Shown piece by piece: positions 57,484-64,000 of a stretch of DNA of 64,000 bases. The stretch spans positions 149 to 64,148 of the forward strand of contig CAJODR010000005.1 of NCBI GenBank assembly GCA_905233275.1. The letters are read 5' to 3'. Made by a program: the position numbers and the translations under genes. This DNA is from an uncultured Bacteroidales bacterium. GTDB taxonomy: Bacteria > Bacteroidota > Bacteroidia > Bacteroidales > UBA932. The notes beneath the pieces are model-generated. The model was not told where the DNA came from. It ran no database searches and worked only from the letters and a program-made list of their open reading frames with translations. The number at the start of each line of letters is the position of its first letter. Within the stretch, counting starts at the first letter, position 1.

Positions 57484-58239
57484 ATGAAAGCAAGAATTCT
57501 AATTATCCTCCTGTCATTAGTCTCCATCCTGGCCTCGTGCTCGATGGGGGAACTGGTTGCCGAACCGGAAGACAACTCAAACAACACGGAGAATACGGAG
57601 AATGGAGATAATAATGGCAATAATGGAGAGAAAGGAGAACCTGTCGCTGACGCTGACGTTGGTGTCAACATGGGAGAACAGGTCAATGACGCTATTGTGA
57701 CGGCAAAAAAAGACTCACAGGGTGCCTGGTACCTGTATGTCACGCCAACCTATTCTGTCTATCCGATCAATACGGATATGATTACCTTCTCCGGCGAGAC
57801 CAGGGCGACTGCACAGTTTGTTGTGACTGATGTGCGTGAAGGACGCACGTACGTGAAACTCGTCGCCGTAGACGCAATTGAGACCAAGGCTCTGAATCTT
57901 ACTGATGATCCTTCATTCGGTGGTGATCGGCTCGATGTCGTTGACGACTGGAGGACCATGGTCGAGGATGGCTATCTCTCGGTACGTTTCAGTACATACT
58001 GGGGCAAGAACGCCAAATATCACGATCTAAGGCTCTTCCGCCTCGCGGGAGATGATCCGTACGCAGTCATTATCCGGCAGGATTCAGGCGGAGATGCGGT
58101 TAATTACAAGGGCGATGCCCTGGTAGCATTCACCCTTGACGGGCTGCCTTCGACGGGAGGGGAGAGCGTGACGCTGACGCTGTATTACGATTCCCTTGAC
58201 GGGGGTAGAAAAACAAAAGAATTCGCCTTTAAGAACTAG
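57484..58239 (+). CDS. NigD-like lipoprotein
   Basis: Lipobox LASC, N/E-rich linker, DDWRTMVEDGYLSVRF and LRQDSGGD-like C-domain; sits before ECF/anti-sigma genes. Confidence 0.7.
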   Translation: MKARILIILLSLVSILASCSMGELVAEPEDNSNNTENTENGDNNGNNGEKGEPVADADVGVNMGEQVNDAIVTAKKDSQGAWYLYVTPTYSVYPINTDMITFSGETRATAQFVVTDVREGRTYVKLVAVDAIETKALNLTDDPSFGGDRLDVVDDWRTMVEDGYLSVRFSTYWGKNAKYHDLRLFRLAGDDPYAVIIRQDSGGDAVNYKGDALVAFTLDGLPSTGGESVTLTLYYDSLDGGRKTKEFAFKN

Positions 58240-58242
58240 TAT

Positions 58243-58803
58243 TTGAAAGGCTTTCAGGACATACGCGAGCAGGAGCTCATCGAAAGGGCGAGAGGCGGTG
58301 ACAGGGGAGCGATGGAATCGATCTATCGCTCTTATTCCGGCTATCTCAACGCCGTCTGCTCCCGATATGTCACTGACGGAGACGAGGCACGGGACGTGCT
58401 GCAGGAGAGTTTCATCAGGATATTCTCCTCGCTGGACAAGTTCGAATACAGGGGAGAAGGCTCGCTGAAGGGCTGGATGTCAAAGATTGTCGTCAACCGT
58501 TCGCTGAAGCTGTTGAGAAGCCATAAACGCTCGCTGACGCTTGCCGGAGCGGATATTCCCGATGTGGAGGATGACAGCAATCCCGGATTCGACGGAGTCC
58601 CTGAAAAGGTGATAATGGATATGATACGGAGTCTCCCGGAAGGATACAGGACGGTTTTCAACCTCCATGTGCTGGAGGATCTGCCGCACAAGGAAATCGG
58701 GCGGCTTCTCGGCATCAAGGAGAATTCTTCGGCCTCACAGTACCTCAGGGCAAGGGCCATTCTCGCAAAACAGATAACTGAATACAAGAAGACACACTGT
58801 TAA
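58243..58803 (+). CDS. ECF sigma-70 factor (TTG start)
   Basis: DVLQESFIRIF, LKGWMSKIVVN and LPEGYRTVFNL...HKEIG motifs. Confidence 0.93.
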   Translation: MKGFQDIREQELIERARGGDRGAMESIYRSYSGYLNAVCSRYVTDGDEARDVLQESFIRIFSSLDKFEYRGEGSLKGWMSKIVVNRSLKLLRSHKRSLTLAGADIPDVEDDSNPGFDGVPEKVIMDMIRSLPEGYRTVFNLHVLEDLPHKEIGRLLGIKENSSASQYLRARAILAKQITEYKKTHC

Positions 58804-58806
58804 TAT

Positions 58807-60048
58807 ATGGATTGGAAAAAACAACTGAGAGAGAGGATGTCCTCCTACAGCGAGCCCGCCGGGGACGGGCTCTGGGAGAGCATCGCGTCCGGCTTGGACG
58901 GAGCGGTAAAGCGCCGTCCGGCGGCCTGGATATGGCCTCTCGCAGGAGCCGCGGCGGCCGTAGTCGCAGCGCTCCTTCTGATACCCCGTGAGACAGCAGT
59001 CGAGCCTGAAAAAACGCTCGTCGCCGATGCTTCAACCATAGATGAAAGTCACGAGACAGAAATACCTGTAAACCAGGTTGATACTCCTTTTGAGGAAATT
59101 CTCGTGGCCGAGGCTCTCCCCGCTACTCCGCCAGTGTCTTCTTCTGTCGCTTCAGTGTTCTCTCCAATCCAAAAAGCGACCGCTGAAATCCCCGTTCAGA
59201 TCGCTCTTGTCGAGCGCCCTTCATTAGGCCGATTGGCCTCCCTTACAGAGCTCCCGTCACATCGCCTTGCTACCGGGGCCGGCACCATTCGCCGACAGGC
59301 GGAAAAAGTGGGTGAGGATGATTTTCCGGTATTCCCTGACGATTGGGACGATGTGACCGGTTTCAGGCCTTCTTTCTCATTGGGACTCAATGGATTGATG
59401 GGTTTATCTGCATCATCGCGTGAAGATGGTTTCGGCACCTCTTCCCAGTCCATGAGGACTGTCCGGAAGTCAGCTGCCCTCAACGCCGAATATGCCGATC
59501 TCGCCCTTCGCAACCGTCCTACGACCGACGAGGAGAATCACTCTCTGGCAGCCCGTTTCGGAGTCGAATTCGATCTCCGTTTTGCTCCCTCGTGGTCGGT
59601 CGGCACCGGTTTGTTCTACAGTTCGCCCCAGTCGCGCTTCCGGAGCGGCTCGGCTACCAACTATGTGATTACCAGGCAGACGCTTGGCTATGTCGGCATT
59701 CCTCTGCATGTCAAATACGACTTCCTGACCGCAGGCGGATTCCGCTTCTACGCCAAGGCCGGCGGGGCGGGGGAGACCTGCGTATACAATTCGTCCGGGA
59801 GGACGTACTATTCCGGCGACAAGGCATACGACGGCGAGAATCTCTCCGGCAATACAAAAACGCCCATACAGTGGTCCCTGGGGGCTGCGGCCGGCGCCGA
59901 ATTGACATTCTTAAAGCACTTTTCCATCTACGCCGAACCCTCATTCAACTGGTACATTCCATCGGGCTCGGAACTTAAATCAGTCTATACCGAAAAGCCC
60001 TTCAGCCCCGGCCTTTCCGCCGGTATACGCTTTACGCTGGACAGGTAA
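58807..60048 (+). CDS. Anti-sigma factor with TM, low-complexity tether and C-terminal outer-membrane beta-barrel
   Basis: LRERMSSYSEPAGDGLWESI N-domain, Ala-rich TM, P/S/T/E linker, alternating beta-strands ending GIRF. Confidence 0.8.
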   Translation: MDWKKQLRERMSSYSEPAGDGLWESIASGLDGAVKRRPAAWIWPLAGAAAAVVAALLLIPRETAVEPEKTLVADASTIDESHETEIPVNQVDTPFEEILVAEALPATPPVSSSVASVFSPIQKATAEIPVQIALVERPSLGRLASLTELPSHRLATGAGTIRRQAEKVGEDDFPVFPDDWDDVTGFRPSFSLGLNGLMGLSASSREDGFGTSSQSMRTVRKSAALNAEYADLALRNRPTTDEENHSLAARFGVEFDLRFAPSWSVGTGLFYSSPQSRFRSGSATNYVITRQTLGYVGIPLHVKYDFLTAGGFRFYAKAGGAGETCVYNSSGRTYYSGDKAYDGENLSGNTKTPIQWSLGAAAGAELTFLKHFSIYAEPSFNWYIPSGSELKSVYTEKPFSPGLSAGIRFTLDR

Positions 60049-60128
60049 AAAGGAGTTTTTTGGGCTTATCGTTTGCAAACAAGGCAAAAAAACTCTATCT
60101 TTATATGCTTGATTGCATATAAAAGACT

Positions 60129-61109
60129 ATGAGTTTGACCAAAGCCCTTAAACGTATATTCGTCGGTGCTCCTTCCGATGAGGAGCCGCGCATACCAGAC
60201 GGCTCTCCGGAGCCTATGACACGCCAGGAATTCGAAGACCAGATAGTGGATCATTTCCGCTACCGCCTCCGCAAGGAGACGACAAAGGGTTCGCTCGTTT
60301 ATCCTACCAATTTCTATATTTATCTCACCCCCACGGACTATGAGGAGCAAAAGGAGGCATTCCCCTTCACCGTCCTCGACGTTGTCAACGAATTCAACGC
60401 AATCATAGGCGACAAGCGCAAAGAGTATCCCTCGTTCACTCCGATTGCCAAGTACTGGCAGTTCCAATTCCTCCGTTTCGAGGAGGGGACAATGATAGAA
60501 AACATGCGCGAGACTGTCTCCGGTATGGAAGACGGCAGCGTACTTGTGATGTCCTACATATTCACCAAGGAAAATCTTGACGTGGTGGCCCAGGAGAATG
60601 TCAGGGTAGTCACCACAAAGCGCAACAAAGGTACCGTCAAGACCCACCAGCTCTCGATCAACACCGATGCCCTCAGAGGCCTCAGGATGGAATCTGAAAC
60701 GCTCTACAAGGTCCCCGCCGGCAATTTCTCCAAAGTCGGGATCGATTCCGTCTCCAAAGACGGCCCCAAGCCGATCGCGAGGCTGAAGATAGCGCCATAT
60801 TCGGATTCGGTATGCTTCCTCACCGGAGGCCAGAATGCCGAAGTATGCAATATGCTGATGGACACCCTCCAGGTCTGCGGCAAAAACGGAGTGGAAACCA
60901 CTGGATTCCAGACTCTAAAGGTCTCTTCCGATGCCGTGCTCAATCCGCATTTCCGCATTGAGAAGACACCGCAGGGTTTCCGCATCACGGCCCTCGGCTC
61001 CCTCGTCCTCAACGAAGTTCCGATGGAAAAGGGCGAATCCGCGCCCCTCCCTTCCAACAGCGCCATTCTCCTCAACAACATGATCCAGATCACCTTCAAG
61101 ACAGTCTGA
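60129..61109 (+). CDS. FhaA-like protein (DUF3662-like N-domain plus degenerate FHA-like C-domain)
   Basis: YPTNFYIYLTPTDYEE N-terminal pattern; C-terminal HFRI...LGS...LNE...L...I beta pattern; upstream of a PP2C. Confidence 0.6.
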   Translation: MSLTKALKRIFVGAPSDEEPRIPDGSPEPMTRQEFEDQIVDHFRYRLRKETTKGSLVYPTNFYIYLTPTDYEEQKEAFPFTVLDVVNEFNAIIGDKRKEYPSFTPIAKYWQFQFLRFEEGTMIENMRETVSGMEDGSVLVMSYIFTKENLDVVAQENVRVVTTKRNKGTVKTHQLSINTDALRGLRMESETLYKVPAGNFSKVGIDSVSKDGPKPIARLKIAPYSDSVCFLTGGQNAEVCNMLMDTLQVCGKNGVETTGFQTLKVSSDAVLNPHFRIEKTPQGFRITALGSLVLNEVPMEKGESAPLPSNSAILLNNMIQITFKTV

Positions 61110-61113
61110 CACG

Positions 61114-61194
61114 ATGAAATACCTCCTTCTCCTTGCCATCGCAGGACTCGTAGTCTACCTGGCTTTCGACCATTTCACTAATTATCCGCGCTGA
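61114..61194 (+). CDS. 26-aa single-TM peptide MKYLLLLAIAGLVVYLAFDHFTNYPR
   Basis: Manual translation; fills the gap between the FHA-like and PP2C genes; TGATG overlap with the PP2C start. Confidence 0.6.
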   Translation: MKYLLLLAIAGLVVYLAFDHFTNYPR

Positions 61195-62219
61195 TGAAAA
61201 GCATAGCATATTCGGCCCTCACCGACGTCGGGAGGGTCAGGACCAATAACGAAGACAACTACCTGGTCCGGTATCTTCCGGGCGAGAGGTTCCTCCTCAG
61301 CGTGGTGATTGACGGTGTAGGAGGATATGAGGGTGGGGAAGTGGCCGCCTCGATGGCCGCCGAATCTATCTCCGCCTCCATGGAAAGGGCCGCCCTCCAG
61401 GAGCCGCTCCAAGATCTCAAAGAGGCCGTCACCAAGGCCAGCAACGATATCTACGAGGCCCGTCTCGCAGACGCCCGCCTTTCCGAGATGAGCTGCGTCG
61501 TCACAGCCGCCCTCATCGACCTGGACAAGGAGCTCCTCTATCTGGTACATATAGGCGACACGCGCCTGTACCAATTCGCCGGAGGCATGCTCACCAAGCT
61601 CTCACATGACCATTCGCTCGTCGGATACTGGGAGGAGAGCGGCACTATTTCCGAGGCGGAGGCAATGGTACATCCGCGCCGCAATATCATCGACAGGAGC
61701 CTCGGAGACGTCAGGCACCTCAGCAGCGACCAGGACTTCCTGGACGCGGGAATATTCCCCATCGAGCCCGGTTCGTCATTCCTGTTCTGCTCCGACGGTC
61801 TCTACGACATGCTGACATCGGCCGAGATCACGTCCGTGCTTGCAGACAGCCATACCCTTGATGAGAAGGCTCAGCTACTTGTCGCCATGGCGAATGAAAA
61901 AGGCGGCAAGGACAACGTCACCGTCATCATTCTTCAAACATCTGCAGAGCCGGCTCCGAAGCCCCGCCAGGCCTCAAAAGTAGCCCCAGTAGCCCCAGCG
62001 CCGGAAACTCCCAAGCGTTCGAAAGGCGGCAAGGTGGCCTTGATTGCGGTGCTCTTCTTCGCCCTCGGCTATGCGGCCGGGTTCATTACCCCGGGGATTG
62101 TCAAGCGGCTTGAAAAAGTCCACACTCCGAAAACCGCTCCGGTGGACACCACTTCTGTTATTAAGGATACTTCCCTGGTGCAGAAGGACTCTCTCGATAT
62201 CAAGGAGCCGCAGCAATGA
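61194..62219 (+). CDS. Membrane-anchored PP2C Ser/Thr phosphatase
   Basis: TDVGRVRTNNED, IDGVGG, HIGDTR, DHSLV, LFCSDGL and GGKDNVT motifs, then a Pro/Ala linker and TM. Confidence 0.93.
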   Translation: MKSIAYSALTDVGRVRTNNEDNYLVRYLPGERFLLSVVIDGVGGYEGGEVAASMAAESISASMERAALQEPLQDLKEAVTKASNDIYEARLADARLSEMSCVVTAALIDLDKELLYLVHIGDTRLYQFAGGMLTKLSHDHSLVGYWEESGTISEAEAMVHPRRNIIDRSLGDVRHLSSDQDFLDAGIFPIEPGSSFLFCSDGLYDMLTSAEITSVLADSHTLDEKAQLLVAMANEKGGKDNVTVIILQTSAEPAPKPRQASKVAPVAPAPETPKRSKGGKVALIAVLFFALGYAAGFITPGIVKRLEKVHTPKTAPVDTTSVIKDTSLVQKDSLDIKEPQQ

Positions 62220-64000
62220 TCAAGATCAAAGACTTCTTCGGCCTGTGCCTCGTGACCGGCGTGATGATCATCGCCTATCTCACCCTGTCGGCCAACCAGA
62301 GCAAATACCTCGACGGGGTGGAAGCCGCCCTTGAGAGCGGCGAAGCCATGGTGCTAGACGCATCGACCGACTCTGTTGCCCTCGCCGAGTTCTTCGTCCG
62401 CAAAGGCTACTATTCCGGTAGGGACGCCGAATTCATTGCCGGTAGCATCGCCCGTCCGCTCAACAAGGGCATCGTCCCCCAGAACCTCGGCGAGCTCAAC
62501 AAGCGCTCGTTCAGGGTGGAAGCCGAGGACGCTTATTCCCGTGGGGGCGAAATCATGCGTTCCCTGGTCGAACGCTCAAGAGGCGACCTGGGCTGGTCGG
62601 ACAAGATTGAGAGTATTTATAATAGTGAATCGATACCTGATTCGCTCAACGCCGTATCGGGTGATACCAAACTGAAGGTGCAGGTGAAGGCGGAGGACGA
62701 TTCGCCGGTTGAAGGCGTTCTTGTGCGGCTCACAGAGCATTATGTGGTCGAGGATTCTGCGCGGGATTCGCTCCTGGCCGTCTGTTTCACTGACAAAAGC
62801 GGCAGGGCTGAATTCGCGGTCTCGCAGGGACGATTCTACAGCGTACTTCCCATCAGGCGCGGATTTGAGTATGGCGCCTCCAAGGGTACGAGAGGCGGTG
62901 CACGTGTCTCATCTTCCCCTTATGTCTTCCGGCAGAAAGTGCATACCCTGGCACCTCTGTCCTCAGATACCTTTTCGAGCATAAAGGCGGATACCACCCT
63001 GATGGTTCGCACGCCGCAGCAGTACAGGGATTCCCGCTTCCTGATATTCCTCGTATTTCTCGGAGTGTGGTGGCTTCTCATTATCACCCTCTCCGTGCTT
63101 GACCGCAACAGGAAGGCAAAATCTGATTCGCTGTCCCTTATCCTTCTGATGACTCTGTCGGGGGTGTGCCTCCTCGCCATGTTCTCGATACCCAACCCGC
63201 TCAACGACATGCCCCGTGCGAGGGAAATGATAGAGGCTATAGTCGTTGGCGTTATCGCCATCGGAGTGCTGTCTAGACTCGATTTCATCAGCTTTTACAA
63301 CGGCCGGTTGCGCATTTTCGGATTGAATATAAAATTCGACTTTGTCGGACAGATTCTGAAACCGCTTCTTCCGAAGAAGGTCAAATGGCCGGACGGACTC
63401 GGGTATCTCATCATAGCAGCTGTTTTCATCGCTCTGCTTACGCTGTTCGGCCAGGGACCGGAAGGCAGCGATGCTAAGGTCAACCTTTCAATCGGCGGAT
63501 TTGCCTTCCAGCCCAGCGAACTCAACAAATTCCTCGTCGTGCTGTTCATGGCGGCATTTTTCGCCAGGAATGCTGCGAAGATCCAGTCCTTTTCCGAGAA
63601 GCTGGACAAGATGCGCTTCCGCTTCCAGCTGCGCACGGTCGCTTTCATATTCGTCGCGATAGCGGCTATCCTCAGCCTTTACCTCGTGCTGCTCAGCGAC
63701 ATGGGGCCGGCGCTGGTACTCATGGTGACGTTTATCCTTATTTATTCAGTGGCGAGAAGGGATTTCCCTCAGCTGCTCCTCGGAGTCGCGACATTCGCCC
63801 TGATGCTTGTCCTTCCTTCCTGGCTGGGAATGAGCGATAAGGTGCGCATAGTCCTGGTCATCCTGTGGTTTGTGCTATGGGTGGCCGGTGGATGGGCGGC
63901 AAAAAAACGTCTATACGAAAGCGCAATATTCATGAATCTGGTCCTGACCCTTTTCATCCTCGGTCCAACCATACTGTCAAGCCTCGGTTTCAGTGAGGCG
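62216..64000 (+). CDS. SEDS (FtsW/RodA/SpoVE) protein with large N-terminal extracytoplasmic domain, runs off the window end
   Basis: Manual translation is open from ATG 62216; SEDS motifs GSDAKVNLSIGGFAFQPSELNK and SDMGPAL follow about 250 aa of soluble domain. Confidence 0.88.
   Translation, partial: MIKIKDFFGLCLVTGVMIIAYLTLSANQSKYLDGVEAALESGEAMVLDASTDSVALAEFFVRKGYYSGRDAEFIAGSIARPLNKGIVPQNLGELNKRSFRVEAEDAYSRGGEIMRSLVERSRGDLGWSDKIESIYNSESIPDSLNAVSGDTKLKVQVKAEDDSPVEGVLVRLTEHYVVEDSARDSLLAVCFTDKSGRAEFAVSQGRFYSVLPIRRGFEYGASKGTRGGARVSSSPYVFRQKVHTLAPLSSDTFSSIKADTTLMVRTPQQYRDSRFLIFLVFLGVWWLLIITLSVLDRNRKAKSDSLSLILLMTLSGVCLLAMFSIPNPLNDMPRAREMIEAIVVGVIAIGVLSRLDFISFYNGRLRIFGLNIKFDFVGQILKPLLPKKVKWPDGLGYLIIAAVFIALLTLFGQGPEGSDAKVNLSIGGFAFQPSELNKFLVVLFMAAFFARNAAKIQSFSEKLDKMRFRFQLRTVAFIFVAIAAILSLYLVLLSDMGPALVLMVTFILIYSVARRDFPQLLLGVATFALMLVLPSWLGMSDKVRIVLVILWFVLWVAGGWAAKKRLYESAIFMNLVLTLFILGPTILSSLGFSEA

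Noticed and set aside
57590-57635. AAT/GGA-rich low-complexity run in the NigD-like gene
   Set aside because: It encodes an ordinary Asn/Glu/Gly lipoprotein linker; no frameshifting unit.

Overview
Chromosomal segment of a high-GC (roughly 55-60%) Bacteroidota genome, most likely Bacteroidales. This is inferred from repeated TAnnTTTG -7 promoter motifs, many lipoproteins and the gene content; the exact lineage cannot be determined here. Most of the window is housekeeping: pyruvate:ferredoxin oxidoreductase (partial), fabD, a phospholipase D/cardiolipin synthase, glmM, a Na+-pumping methylmalonyl-CoA decarboxylase operon, yebC, recF, pdxB, ffh, dsbD, rny, a probable 6S RNA, zapA, nusB-yajC-ybbR-coaE-rimO, rpsF-rpsR-rplI, parE, a ferredoxin, an M16 peptidase, tRNA-Arg(CCG) and tRNA-Thr(CGT). 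The notable signals are: (1) a ~100-120 nt REP/RPE-like palindromic element, present once intergenically and once in-frame inside pdxB, where it supplies 33 codons and sits at an abrupt C-rich to G-rich skew flip; (2) an operon running off the right edge that resembles actinobacterial fhaA-pstP-rodA (FHA-like protein, 26-aa membrane peptide, membrane PP2C, oversized SEDS protein); (3) a small ORF with 20-21 bp-periodic repeats beside a membrane LytTR regulator and an AT-rich C10 protease-serpin cassette; (4) a tandem terminator array mirroring the tRNA-Thr 3' end; (5) a NigD/ECF sigma/beta-barrel anti-sigma module; (6) several single-site lesions (two C10 frameshifts, a glmM frameshift, an ACG start on a GH89, a coaE fusion) that may be biological or consensus errors. 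No CRISPR array, transposase or integrase was found.
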